Shown here: positions 26,894 through 36,362 of the stretch, piece after piece
How positions within the stretch are numbered: position 1 is the stretch's first letter
Layout of the letters: each line of letters begins with the position of its first letter
NCBI GenBank assembly: GCA_018692915.1
Contig: JABHLG010000004.1
Span: 1 to 60,926, forward strand
Source of the DNA: Candidatus Woesearchaeota archaeon
Lineage (GTDB): Archaea > Nanobdellota > Nanobdellia > UBA10117 > JABICX01
Length of the DNA stretch: 60,926 bases
Direction of reading: 5' to 3'
Notes under the pieces: model-generated
Seen by the model: the letters and a program-made list of their open reading frames with translations, nothing else
Databases searched by the model: none
Told to the model about the DNA's origin: nothing
Program-made: the position numbers and the translations under genes

Positions 26894-27975
26894 TTTCCAC
26901 TCTCTAATTTTTTTCTATGTTTAAGAATCATTTCTCTTGTTCTTGGATATAATTTCTGTTTTAGTACTTGGTCAAGAGCCCAGAATTTTGCAGCAGGACC
27001 TTCCATTACAATTATATCTTTCAAACTTGCATCAGTTTTAGCAATATAAACATAAGCAGTTTTCTTACCTCGAATGCCAAACTTTTCAACAGCATAAATT
27101 CGTTTTTCTATAAGTTTAATATCATAAATCTTTACGCCAATCTCATGATCTACCTCGCGTTTAAGAGCTTGTAAGGGCGTCTCACCTTTTTTTATTCCTC
27201 CACCCACATTTGCCCAAGTATCTGGATGGTTTAAACTTGGTTTATTATCTCTATAAAGGAAAAGAAACTCACCTGTTTTTGAGTTCTTGATAAACGTTTT
27301 AGCAACGTTGTGTATCTTTGGATTTAACATAAAATTAATATCTTTCTCATGTCCAGCACCAACAACTGCAATTATATTATCATCTGGATTGTCTTTAGAA
27401 ATTTTCTTTAGTTGATTAGCCATATAGACATTTCTATCATCCAACAAAACCTTGAATAACTTTGGAAATCTTAATCGCATTTCTGAAATTATTTGATCAA
27501 TAACTTTTTGTGCAGGAACTTTGTTTAAATCAAAGTGTTTAGTTAGTTTACGGTTTTTCAAAGAAAGTGGACTGAAAATAATATAAAAAACTAATTTCAA
27601 TTTTTCCCAAAGAGGAACTTCTTTTGATAATTTAAATAGTGTTTTCTGAATTGGAATATCAATTAAATAGATTTTTGCTTTAACTTCTCGAGCAGCAAGA
27701 ACTGCTGTTTTCATATCTGCACCAGGCATTATTCCTACTTGGTCCCCAAGTTTTTTCTGTAGCCAGCGACCAACAATCATAAAAAGCGCACCAAATCCAC
27801 CAACCTTTAAATCACCAATTCTGAGTTTTCTTTGCTTCTGAAATAAACTCACAAATCTATTTTTATCTAATTCTACACAAACAATATCTGGTTTTTCTAG
27901 CAAAATATCTTTTCTTATTTCATTTACAGATTCTCTTGCTACATGACTTGAACCGATGATTTTCACGTTTTTCAT
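26890..27975 (-). CDS. TraB/PrgY/GumN-family domain fused to a C-terminal NUDIX hydrolase domain
   Basis: N-terminal 'IIGSSHVARESVNEI...PDIVCVELDKNRF...VVGAGHE' (TraB signature). C-terminal Nudix box 'GGGIKKGETPLQALKREVDHEIGV'. 4-nt overlap with the downstream Nudix gene. Confidence 0.75.
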   Translation of the reverse strand: MKNVKIIGSSHVARESVNEIRKDILLEKPDIVCVELDKNRFVSLFQKQRKLRIGDLKVGGFGALFMIVGRWLQKKLGDQVGIMPGADMKTAVLAAREVKAKIYLIDIPIQKTLFKLSKEVPLWEKLKLVFYIIFSPLSLKNRKLTKHFDLNKVPAQKVIDQIISEMRLRFPKLFKVLLDDRNVYMANQLKKISKDNPDDNIIAVVGAGHEKDINFMLNPKIHNVAKTFIKNSKTGEFLFLYRDNKPSLNHPDTWANVGGGIKKGETPLQALKREVDHEIGVKIYDIKLIEKRIYAVEKFGIRGKKTAYVYIAKTDASLKDIIVMEGPAAKFWALDQVLKQKLYPRTREMILKHRKKLESGK

Positions 27976-28047
27976 TGTTTAATAGGATGGTGGAGAGAAA
28001 TGCTTATATTCTATAAGTCTTTCGTAAAGATGAAAAGGTGATATTAA

Positions 28048-28314
28048 ATGCTACAGATGAAAGATTTAAGTGAAGTTCGTGACTTAAAGGTTTATACTGA
28101 CTCAGGTGACTTTTTTGGCGAAATTGAAGAAGCTATAATTAAGAGAAATAGAATTGATGCATGGAAAGTTCGCTCAGCAAAGGACTCTTTCTTATCAAAG
28201 ACTATGCCAAATGCAAAAGGTGTAATTATTCCACACCAACTTGTAAAATCAATTGGAAACATAATGATTGTTGCTAGAGCAGCAGCACCAAGTTATGGCG
28301 AATCTGTAGAGTAG
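28048..28314 (+). CDS. PRC-barrel domain protein
   Basis: The 88-aa 'VRDLKVYTDSGDFFGEIEEAIIKRNRIDAWKV' pattern is PRC-barrel-like. Confidence 0.6.
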   Translation: MLQMKDLSEVRDLKVYTDSGDFFGEIEEAIIKRNRIDAWKVRSAKDSFLSKTMPNAKGVIIPHQLVKSIGNIMIVARAAAPSYGESVE

Positions 28315-28379
28315 AACTTTACTTGTTTAGTTTTAAACAACAATATTCTTAAAATAGCTAGCTTTAGGTATTAATAAAT

Positions 28380-30176
28380 ATGAAATCAACAGCAGATGTT
28401 AAAGTTCCAAAGAAAATAGTTGACCAAATTATTGGACAATCTTCAGCAGTTGAAATTATTAAAAAAGCTGCAAAGCAAAGAAGGCATGTTTTACTTATTG
28501 GAACTCCTGGAACTGGAAAATCAATGCTTGGACAAGCATTAGCAGAATTAATGCCTAAGAGCAAGCTTCAAGATATATTAGTTCTTCCAAATCGGCGAGA
28601 TGAAAATGAACCTATTATTAAATCTCTTCCCGCAGGTAGGGGTAGAGTTATTTATGAAAAGGCAAAATTGAAAGCAGCATATAGTATGAGAAATCAACAA
28701 ATGTTTTTCTTTATATTGGCATTAATTTCAATTATGATTCCTTGGTGGATTAGAAGCCATTATGGAGATATTATGGCAGCAGCGTCATTAATTGCAGGTA
28801 TGATGTTTATTGTTGCTTTAGCAATTTCTATGAATTTAGGAAGTCGAAAGCACAAAACAATTGAACCAAAATTACTTGTTGATAATTCAAATATTGAGAA
28901 TGCGCCATTTATTGATGCTACAGGTGCTAAATCAGGTTCATTATTAGGAGATGTTAGACATGACCCCTTTCAGTCGGGAGGTTTAGGAACACCACCACAT
29001 CTTAGGGTTGAATCAGGGATGATACATAAGGCAAATGAGGGAGTTTTGTTTATTGATGAAGTAGCTACTCTTGATCCAAAAACTCAACAAGATTTGCTTA
29101 CAGCTCTTCAAGAAGGAACATATTCAATAACTGGTCAGTCTGAGAGGTCTGCTGGCGCAATGGTAAGAACAAAACCTGTGCCATGCAGTTTTGTTCTTGT
29201 AGCTGCAGGAAATACTGAGACGGTTCAAAAGATGCATCCAGCTTTACGCTCTAGAATTCGTGGATATGGGTATGAAATATATATGAATGATATGATGGAT
29301 GATAATAAGAAAAACCGAGAACTTCTTCAGATATTTGTTGCTCAAGAAGTTTCTAAAGATAAAAAAATACCTCACTTTTCTAAAAGTGCCATTGATGAAA
29401 TTATCAAAGAAGCACAAAAGCGTGCAGGTCAAAAAGGAAAACTTACTTTGAAACTTAGAGATTTGGGCGGGCTTGTTAGAGCGGCGGGAGATTTGGCATT
29501 TGAACAAGGAGCAAAACTTGTTGATGGAAACCATGTTATGTCTGCTAAAAAATTATCCCGAGGTTTAGAACAGCAAATTGCAGACAAATATATTGAAAGA
29601 AAAAGAGAATATGAGGTTATTAGAATAACTGGAAAAGAAATTGGAAGAGTAAATGGACTGGCAGTTTTAGGAAGTTCAGACCATTTCTCAGGAATTGTTC
29701 AACCAATTGAAGCAGAAGTTACAGTTGGAAATGGTAAAGAGAAAAGAACTTTTGTAGCAACAGGAAGTCTAGGAGAGATTGCTAAAGAAGCAATAACAAA
29801 TGTTTCAGCAATAATAAAAAAGAAATATGGTAAAGATATTAACAAATATGATGTTTATGTTCAGTTTCTTCAAACTTATGAGGGACTAGAGGGAGATTCA
29901 GCATCAGTTTCAGTAGCAACAGCAATTATCTCTGCGCTGAAAAAGAAACCAATTAGACAAGATACTGCAATGACGGGCTCACTTTCAGTTAGAGGAGAAG
30001 TTTTACCTGTTGGAGGTGTTTCAGCAAAAGTTGAAGCAGCCATAGAAGCAGGATTAAAACGCGTTTTAATTCCACATGCAAATTTAAATGATGTAGTTCT
30101 TAGTAAGAATAAGCAAAACAAAATCAAAATAATTCCAGTTAAAACCATTGATGATGTTCTTAAGAATGCATTCTAA
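28380..30176 (+). CDS. lon: archaeal membrane-anchored Lon protease (LonB)
   Basis: Walker A 'GTPGTGKS'. Two TM helices are inserted in the AAA+ module ([29 protein letters not shown]). Walker B 'LFIDEV'. Protease Ser 'GDSASVS' and Lys '[10 protein letters not shown]'. Confidence 0.92.
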   Translation: MKSTADVKVPKKIVDQIIGQSSAVEIIKKAAKQRRHVLLIGTPGTGKSMLGQALAELMPKSKLQDILVLPNRRDENEPIIKSLPAGRGRVIYEKAKLKAAYSMRNQQMFFFILALISIMIPWWIRSHYGDIMAAASLIAGMMFIVALAISMNLGSRKHKTIEPKLLVDNSNIENAPFIDATGAKSGSLLGDVRHDPFQSGGLGTPPHLRVESGMIHKANEGVLFIDEVATLDPKTQQDLLTALQEGTYSITGQSERSAGAMVRTKPVPCSFVLVAAGNTETVQKMHPALRSRIRGYGYEIYMNDMMDDNKKNRELLQIFVAQEVSKDKKIPHFSKSAIDEIIKEAQKRAGQKGKLTLKLRDLGGLVRAAGDLAFEQGAKLVDGNHVMSAKKLSRGLEQQIADKYIERKREYEVIRITGKEIGRVNGLAVLGSSDHFSGIVQPIEAEVTVGNGKEKRTFVATGSLGEIAKEAITNVSAIIKKKYGKDINKYDVYVQFLQTYEGLEGDSASVSVATAIISALKKKPIRQDTAMTGSLSVRGEVLPVGGVSAKVEAAIEAGLKRVLIPHANLNDVVLSKNKQNKIKIIPVKTIDDVLKNAF

Positions 30177-30385
30177 TCTTTAATGTAAAAACCACAGCGA
30201 ATACATCTTATCTTTTCAAGAGGTTCGGTAGTTTTACTATTGGGTTTTTCAAATTTAGAAATTTCTAATCTTTCGATAGAGGGGATAATAATTATCTCTG
30301 ACTTTTCAGACCCACACCTAGGACATTTCATATATAATGATACTATTAAAACATAAAAAGGTTTGTTTAGTTTAAAAATAACCAC
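30173..30385 (-). CDS. small zinc-ribbon protein
   Basis: 'CPRCGS' ... 'CIRCG'. The likely true start is the internal Met of MKCPRCGS (about 52 aa). Confidence 0.45.
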   Translation of the reverse strand: MVIFKLNKPFYVLIVSLYMKCPRCGSEKSEIIIIPSIERLEISKFEKPNSKTTEPLEKIRCIRCGFYIKD

Positions 30386-30417
30386 AACTGTTTTAACACC
30401 AAATTAAAAAGTAAGAT

Positions 30418-31404
30418 ATGGCAACTGCGATTACAGTTCGTGGTTTGAAAAAGAATTATAAGACTTACAAGCGAGAAGAAGGATTAGGGGCTACGATTAA
30501 AGCACTTTTCAAAAGAGAGTTTAGTATTAAACAAGCACTAAAAGGTATTGAGTTCGAAGTTGAGAAAGGAGAAATTCTTGGATTTATTGGACCTAATGGT
30601 GCAGGAAAATCTACTGCAATTAAGATACTTTGTGGAATACTTTTCCCAACAGAAGGAAAAGTAGAATCTTTTGGATATGAACCATGGACACAGCGAATAA
30701 AATATGCAATGGACTTTGGCGTTGTATTTGGACAGAAATCTCAACTTGAGTGGGACCTACCACCAAATGATACTTATCATTTGATTAAGGTTTTGTATAA
30801 TGTGCCTGACGCTACGTTTAACAAACGATTAAAATATATGATTAAATTATTAGATGTTGAGCATATTTACAAAACACCAACTAGAGATTTAAGTCTTGGA
30901 GAAAGAATGAAGTGCGAAGTTATTGCAGCACTTTTACATAATCCTAAATTAGTTTTACTTGATGAGCCAACAATTGGAATGGATGTTGTTGCAAAAAAGA
31001 AACTTCATGGATTTATTAAGAAGATAAATGAAGAACATGGAACAACATTTATTATAACAACACATGACATGGGTGATATCGAGAAACTTTGTAAACGAGT
31101 TATAATAATTAATACAGGTGAAATTGTTTACAATGGACTTCTTAGTGATTTAACTAAAGAATATATCAAGAAAAAATTTATTGAAGTTAAATTTGAAGAA
31201 AAGACACATGTTAATCTTCCAAAAAGAGCGTGTTTAATATCAAGAACGCCATATGTTACAAAGTTTGAAATACCGATTAAGAAAAAAGGAATGGACGACT
31301 TTATTGTTGAATTAATAAAAGAGTATCCCGTTGAAGACATTATAATCTCAGACCCTCCAATTGAGGAAATCATAAGAGATATTTATGAAAATGATAAATG
31401 TTAA
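30418..31404 (+). CDS. ABC transporter ATP-binding protein (ABC-2 type system)
   Basis: Walker A 'GPNGAGKST', signature 'LSLGERMK', Walker B 'LVLLDEPT'. Confidence 0.9.
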   Translation: MATAITVRGLKKNYKTYKREEGLGATIKALFKREFSIKQALKGIEFEVEKGEILGFIGPNGAGKSTAIKILCGILFPTEGKVESFGYEPWTQRIKYAMDFGVVFGQKSQLEWDLPPNDTYHLIKVLYNVPDATFNKRLKYMIKLLDVEHIYKTPTRDLSLGERMKCEVIAALLHNPKLVLLDEPTIGMDVVAKKKLHGFIKKINEEHGTTFIITTHDMGDIEKLCKRVIIINTGEIVYNGLLSDLTKEYIKKKFIEVKFEEKTHVNLPKRACLISRTPYVTKFEIPIKKKGMDDFIVELIKEYPVEDIIISDPPIEEIIRDIYENDKC

Positions 31405-32194
31405 GCGTTTTCTTGGTATAGGAAAGTTCACATTCAAAGATCACAGTGCATATAGATTTGATATGTTTGTTTGGATAATTTTAGTCCCGTTTTTTCTTAT
31501 AGTGGAATATTTTTTATGGAAAACACTTTTTGCAGCAAGTGGAGAAACCGTAATTAGAGGTTTTACATTTAGTGCAATGATTACGTATTATATGATGTCG
31601 CATGTAACAATGTCTATAACACATAGTAATTTTGATCAGAGAATTGCTAATTTAGTTAGAAGTGGAAAACTTGTTAGATATATTACTAAACCCATAACAT
31701 ATTTTAGATTGTGTTTATTTAGAAATATATGGAATAGTGCATTTAGGGCAATTAAATATGCCACACCAGTTTTAATTGTAGGGTATTTTTTAATACCTAA
31801 TTTAGATGTTAATTATATTAATGCTGGATTGTATTTAATTTCACTAATTCTTGCTATGTTTTTAAAATTTGCATATATATTTTCATTTGGTTTAATATCT
31901 TTTTGGACTAAAGGATATGCAGGAATTAGAATTGTTAGAAATGGTGTTGATGGATTATTGCGAGGAATGCTTATTCCATTGATATTTTTCCCAGTAATAT
32001 TTCAGAAAGCATTTTTCTTTTTGCCTTTCCAATATATGTTATATGTTCCAATACAGATATTTTTAGGTGCATATTCATATAGCGAGGTTTTAGTTATGCT
32101 TGGAATGCAATTATTATGGACCTTAATTTTTATGGCAATTGCATTAACCGTTTGGAAAAAAGCATTTGCTAAATTTATGGCGGTGGGAACATGA
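31385..32194 (+). CDS. ABC-2 family transporter permease
   Basis: 269 aa with 6 helices. Overlaps the ATPase gene by 20 nt. Confidence 0.7.
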   Translation: MKMINVKRFLGIGKFTFKDHSAYRFDMFVWIILVPFFLIVEYFLWKTLFAASGETVIRGFTFSAMITYYMMSHVTMSITHSNFDQRIANLVRSGKLVRYITKPITYFRLCLFRNIWNSAFRAIKYATPVLIVGYFLIPNLDVNYINAGLYLISLILAMFLKFAYIFSFGLISFWTKGYAGIRIVRNGVDGLLRGMLIPLIFFPVIFQKAFFFLPFQYMLYVPIQIFLGAYSYSEVLVMLGMQLLWTLIFMAIALTVWKKAFAKFMAVGT

Positions 32195-32985
32195 CAATAT
32201 CACAGTCATGGAAATTGTATAAGAAATGCTTTAATGTAGAATTAGCTTCGTGGATGGCATATCGATTAAGTTTCTTTTTGTTCTTAATTGGAACAGCAAT
32301 TTTTAGTTTATTTGGTCCTGTTGTGGTTTTTTTAATATATTCAAATAATCTTTCTTTTCCAGGGTGGACTTTTTATGAAGCACTTTTACTTTTAGGTTCA
32401 TTTAGTTTAGTTGCAGGTATTGAGCACTATGCATTTAGTGCAATTGGGTGGTCTACATCTGAACTTGTAAGGCGCGGAAGGTTTGATGGGTTTTTAATTA
32501 GGCCTGTTTCACCACTAAAATTCGCAATTCTACGAACACCCGACATCGATGGTTTAGCAGAACTTGCTATGGGAATTATAATTGTAACTTATTCAATTAT
32601 AAAATTACAACTTGTAATACAACCAATTAATGTTTTAATGTATTTATTGATTGTTCTAGCAGGAGTTATGTTCTTAACTTCTATTGATATAATTGCAGCA
32701 TCAATGAACTTTATATTTGTTAAGGCTCACGCAATTATTGATTTTTTTACACAGCTTAGAATGTTTGGTAAGTATCCAATTAGTATTTTCGGACCAATGG
32801 GACATATAATTTTTACATTCTTTTTACCTATGGGATTAGTTGCATTTTATCCTGCACAAGCATTTTTAGGAAGACTTGAGTGGATAGGTGTTATTCAATT
32901 GCTTTTAGTTGCGTTATCTTTCTTTTTAATTAGCTTATTATCTTGGCGATACGGGTTAAGGCATTATACTAGTGCAGGAGGGTAA
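32191..32985 (+). CDS. ABC-2 family transporter permease (second subunit)
   Basis: 264 aa with 6 helices. 4-nt ATGA overlap with the previous permease. Confidence 0.7.
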   Translation: MTISQSWKLYKKCFNVELASWMAYRLSFFLFLIGTAIFSLFGPVVVFLIYSNNLSFPGWTFYEALLLLGSFSLVAGIEHYAFSAIGWSTSELVRRGRFDGFLIRPVSPLKFAILRTPDIDGLAELAMGIIIVTYSIIKLQLVIQPINVLMYLLIVLAGVMFLTSIDIIAASMNFIFVKAHAIIDFFTQLRMFGKYPISIFGPMGHIIFTFFLPMGLVAFYPAQAFLGRLEWIGVIQLLLVALSFFLISLLSWRYGLRHYTSAGG

Positions 32986-33085
32986 TATTCGTTAGTGGAA
33001 ATGTAGCTTTGTTTTATTTAATATAACTATTTGAAACTAAATATTGGAACATAAATTTTAAAACAGCGAATTTTATTTAAACAAC

Positions 33086-33260
33086 TATGGAAAAAAAGAA
33101 AATGGAGATTTCTCTACCAAAAGAACTTGTAGAAAAAATAGAAAAATACGTTGAGCAAGGACGTTTTAAATCTATGGAAGAATTTATTGAACATGCAACT
33201 AATCTTCTTCTTTATGCAGAAGACAACAAAGATTTATTCACACAAGCTCTAGGTAATTAA
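33086..33260 (+). pseudogene. ribbon-helix-helix (CopG/ParD-like) gene interrupted by a 1-nt frameshift
   Basis: ATG 33086 encodes MEKKKMEISLPKELVEKIEKYVEQGRFKSMEE, then TGA at 33188-33190. From 33183 the next frame reads FIEHATNLLLYAEDNKDLFTQALGN and stops at 33258-33260. The junction is gaagaaattt. Confidence 0.45.
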
Positions 33261-33269
33261 GTAATCGAT

Positions 33270-33650
33270 TTATAACCCTAAATTTTTAATATTGTAATGC
33301 ACTTGCCTTACAGCTAATTCAAGGTCAGTAACATAATCAATAAGTTTTGCTATCTTTTTTGGAGATCGATACATGATAGGGTTTAATGCCCTAATTACAA
33401 ATGCACATCTAAAAAGAATTTTTACTGTACTCGTATCACTATGTTGTATTTTTTTACCTTGGTTTTTTAATATATTTATTATTATTTTCTGAACATCATA
33501 TGCGTGCGTTAGATTTGGTCTAATGACTTTTAAATTTCTAATACTTCCAATTATATCTCCGGTTTTAATATTATTTTTAATGTTTTCTAGTGCTTTAAAA
33601 TCTAATAATAACTCTTTATCTCCCTGTTCTAGTTGTAAGTTTTTTGACAT
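33270..33650 (-). CDS. hypothetical alpha-helical protein
   Basis: 126-aa ORF. It contains 'IRPNLTHAY' (an Rx4H string) but no confident family assignment. Confidence 0.5.
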   Translation of the reverse strand: MSKNLQLEQGDKELLLDFKALENIKNNIKTGDIIGSIRNLKVIRPNLTHAYDVQKIIINILKNQGKKIQHSDTSTVKILFRCAFVIRALNPIMYRSPKKIAKLIDYVTDLELAVRQVHYNIKNLGL

Positions 33651-33680
33651 AATATATAAATACCTACAAGTATAAAATAC

Positions 33681-34709
33681 TTATTGTGTTATATTTACAA
33701 CATTTGTTGTTTCATTAATATTTATGCTCACTTTTGGTAAAAATTGTTGAATAACCCACGCATTTGTTTTAAGATGATTTGAAATGCGAGATGTTCTGAA
33801 CTTGCCACCATTTCCAAGAGCTAAGAATAATATAATTTGGTCTGCCATTCGGTGATCAACTGTTGCACCACTTTCAATTTCTTCTTCAAGCATTTCGGCA
33901 CATATTGCACCAACTTCTTCTGCTTTAACTCTGCGTTCTCCAATTTCAACAACTCCAAGCTTACAATTCTTAAAGTGTGCATGTGCATGAACAGATGTTC
34001 CATTGCTAAGTGAAGGACCATAAATTACTTTTTGCTCAAGTATTTTATCCCTATAAGGTTTTGATAGTTCTTCTTTAAATCCAGCTAATTGCCTTTCAGC
34101 AACTTGCGAATTTCTTAATCCATCTGAGCAAATTGAATGAACATCAATATGTTCTAAGTTTTTTTGTGAAATTGCATCAAAAGCAGTTCTATCTTTCCAA
34201 GGATAGACTACAATTCTAACTTTTCCATTACCTTTTGGATAAAATCCTCGCTTAACTTCATCAACTGAAATATTTAAACCAATAATCTTCATGTTCCTTC
34301 CAAAAACATGCTCAAAATAATCTATTGTCGGTGCAAATTTTACATCTGTGCCACCGATAATTTCAAAAGTAGATACATCCTTGCCAAAAGCTGCAATAGG
34401 CACAAGAGTTTGCAATACTAATGTCACAGACCCTGCTGTCCCGACGTTAAATTGGAACTTGCCATGTATGTGTGCACCTGGAGTAAATTCTAATTCCATT
34501 GAACCTAATCGATTTCCTGTAACGTTTGCACCACAAATCTTTGCAGCAGCATTAATTCCAGTCAAATGCTGAGCGCTTAAACCTGGCTTACTTCGACCTC
34601 TTCGTATATTAATAATTCTAACGGGTTTGTTAGTGATGCAAGATAATGTAATTGCCGTTCTAAGAATTTGTCCGCCACCTTCTCCTTGTGCTCCGTCAAT
34701 TTTAATCAT
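33681..34709 (-). CDS. rtcA: RNA 3'-terminal phosphate cyclase
   Basis: 'DGAQGEGGGQILRTA' N-terminal signature, 'GLSAQHL' and 'TVDHRMADQIILFLAL'. 342 aa. Confidence 0.9.
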   Translation of the reverse strand: MIKIDGAQGEGGGQILRTAITLSCITNKPVRIINIRRGRSKPGLSAQHLTGINAAAKICGANVTGNRLGSMELEFTPGAHIHGKFQFNVGTAGSVTLVLQTLVPIAAFGKDVSTFEIIGGTDVKFAPTIDYFEHVFGRNMKIIGLNISVDEVKRGFYPKGNGKVRIVVYPWKDRTAFDAISQKNLEHIDVHSICSDGLRNSQVAERQLAGFKEELSKPYRDKILEQKVIYGPSLSNGTSVHAHAHFKNCKLGVVEIGERRVKAEEVGAICAEMLEEEIESGATVDHRMADQIILFLALGNGGKFRTSRISNHLKTNAWVIQQFLPKVSININETTNVVNITQ

Positions 34710-34738
34710 AACTTATTTTAATATGCAGATATAAAAAT

Positions 34739-35275
34739 ATGATGCTTGCAACAACACATGTAATTATTCCTCTTGTTATAGCAGATTTAATTAGGGATTA
34801 TTTTCTAAAACACAAACATCGAAGACTTATTCCACGAAGATATATTTTCTTTGTAGGTGTTGGTGGAATTTTACCAGATATTGATATTGCGTTAGCTTAT
34901 TTGTTTAACTTCCTTTCAATTGAGTTGCCCCGTTTATTACGTCATGGAAGAATTACACATTCTATTTTTCTAGTGCTTGCTTTACTTATTGCATCAGCAT
35001 TTCTTTGGAGTGGAACAAAGTTTAGTAAAGGACCTTCAAAAAAAGAACATCATAGTTGGTTTTTAATTAGCATATTAGTTGCAATAGGTGTTTTAGCACA
35101 TATTTTATTAGATGGATTTGCAGGAGATACAACACCTTATTATCCTCTTTCTCAAGCAGTAGCATTTGGAGCACAAAGAATTAATCAACAATTAATGATA
35201 TCAATTGATGCAGTTATCCTTCTTGCTTGGCTCTTCCATGAAGAATGGCATCATAATATTAAGAAATTTTTCTAA
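34739..35275 (+). CDS. membrane-bound metal-dependent hydrolase (YdjM/DUF457-like)
   Basis: 'ATTHVIIP', 'GGILPDIDI' and 'HRxxTHS'-like 'HGRITHS' motifs in a 4-helix protein. Confidence 0.55.
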   Translation: MMLATTHVIIPLVIADLIRDYFLKHKHRRLIPRRYIFFVGVGGILPDIDIALAYLFNFLSIELPRLLRHGRITHSIFLVLALLIASAFLWSGTKFSKGPSKKEHHSWFLISILVAIGVLAHILLDGFAGDTTPYYPLSQAVAFGAQRINQQLMISIDAVILLAWLFHEEWHHNIKKFF

Positions 35276-35286
35276 ATTTCTTAAGC

Positions 35287-35307
35287 TAGCTAATTTTCAA
35301 TTAGCTA
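35287..35307. terminator. perfect 9-bp hairpin (tagctaatt-ttc-aattagcta)
   Basis: First of three consecutive hairpins in the convergent intergenic region 35276-35373. Confidence 0.4.
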
Positions 35308-35313
35308 TATCCG

Positions 35314-35331
35314 AAAGTTCTTCTGAACTTT
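35314..35331. terminator. 7-bp hairpin (aaagttc-ttct-gaacttt)
   Basis: Read directly. Confidence 0.35.
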
Positions 35332-35337
35332 AGGAGC

Positions 35338-35358
35338 TCGCTAATCTTTGATTTGCGA
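35338..35358. terminator. 9-bp hairpin with one mismatch (tcgctaatc-ttt-gatttgcga)
   Basis: Read directly. Confidence 0.3.
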
Positions 35359-35373
35359 TATAAAGAAGTTCTT

Positions 35374-35706
35374 CTAGTTCTTTTTCCAGGCTATTTGTTG
35401 AACTATTTTTTCAAGTTTTCTAGAGTTGATGCGAACTTTTTGATAAAGGTAAAAGACAATTCCTGTTAGAAACATAAAACCTGCAATTGTGAAAAATGGA
35501 ATTGGTCCGCCACCAATACCTAAAACTAATCTAAATTTATTAATCCAATCTGTAAACATTAGTGCAAATATGAAACCTAGCCATGCAGCTGACCAAATAT
35601 AAAAATCTCCTCGAGTTAAATGATGACGCTTCCAGCTATCAAATGCTAAATAAAGCATTCCTGCACCATAAGCAATACCAATTAGTTGTATGAAAATCAA
35701 ATCCAT
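35374..35706 (-). CDS. small 4-helix membrane protein (DUF2304-like, GT2-associated)
   Basis: 110 aa. 10-nt overlap with the upstream GT2 gene, the usual partner arrangement. Confidence 0.5.
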   Translation of the reverse strand: MDLIFIQLIGIAYGAGMLYLAFDSWKRHHLTRGDFYIWSAAWLGFIFALMFTDWINKFRLVLGIGGGPIPFFTIAGFMFLTGIVFYLYQKVRINSRKLEKIVQQIAWKKN

Positions 35707-36362
35707 CCTATCTTTACCTCTAACATTTTTATAAAGAATCCCATACCTACCAATACACTTGTGCCTTTGTAAGCATCGTGATAAAATGTTTCAACAGGAA
35801 TTTCTGTGAATGCGATGTCGTTCTTTAATGTATTAATAATCATTTCAGTTTCAACAAAATATCCATGTGAGTGCCATTTGATTTTCGGATATATTTTAGA
35901 TTTAAATGCTCTAAAACCATTTTGCGTATCATCTATTTTAGCACCAAACAAAACTCTAAAAATATTGTTTAATCCCCAATTACCTAAACGAAATACGCGT
36001 GGAGAGTTTTCAGGCATCTTACGTGTTCCAAAAACAATATCTGATTTGTTTAATTTTTTCAGTAGTTTTGGAATTTCTTTTGGATTATGCTGACCATCTG
36101 CATCAATTAAAACAATTGTATCTGCTTTGTTTTTGATTGCGTATTCAATACCTGTTTTCATTGCAACACCTTTACCCATATTTACAATATGCTTCAAAAC
36201 TATTGCTTTGGATTTTTTTGCTTCTAAATATGTTTTATCTTTAGAGCCATCATCAACAACAATTACTTTATCAACATACTTAGAAACTTTTTGAGCAGTT
36301 TTTCTAATATGTTTATCTTCATTAACTGCTGGAATAATTGCAAATGTTTTCATTTTAGACAA
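35697..36362 (-). CDS. family 2 glycosyltransferase (dolichyl-phosphate hexose synthase-like)
   Basis: 'AIIPAVNE', 'VVDDGSKDKT' and 'LIDADGQH' (DxD) motifs. Confidence 0.8.
   Translation of the reverse strand: MSKMKTFAIIPAVNEDKHIRKTAQKVSKYVDKVIVVDDGSKDKTYLEAKKSKAIVLKHIVNMGKGVAMKTGIEYAIKNKADTIVLIDADGQHNPKEIPKLLKKLNKSDIVFGTRKMPENSPRVFRLGNWGLNNIFRVLFGAKIDDTQNGFRAFKSKIYPKIKWHSHGYFVETEMIINTLKNDIAFTEIPVETFYHDAYKGTSVLVGMGFFIKMLEVKIGWI

Noticed and set aside
33086-33650. RHH plus HEPN-like (Rx4H 'RPNLTHAY') toxin-antitoxin pair
   Set aside because: The genes are convergent (10 bp apart, tail to tail), not operonic. The Rx4H string sits mid-protein, and a single short motif is insufficient. The RHH gene is also frameshifted.
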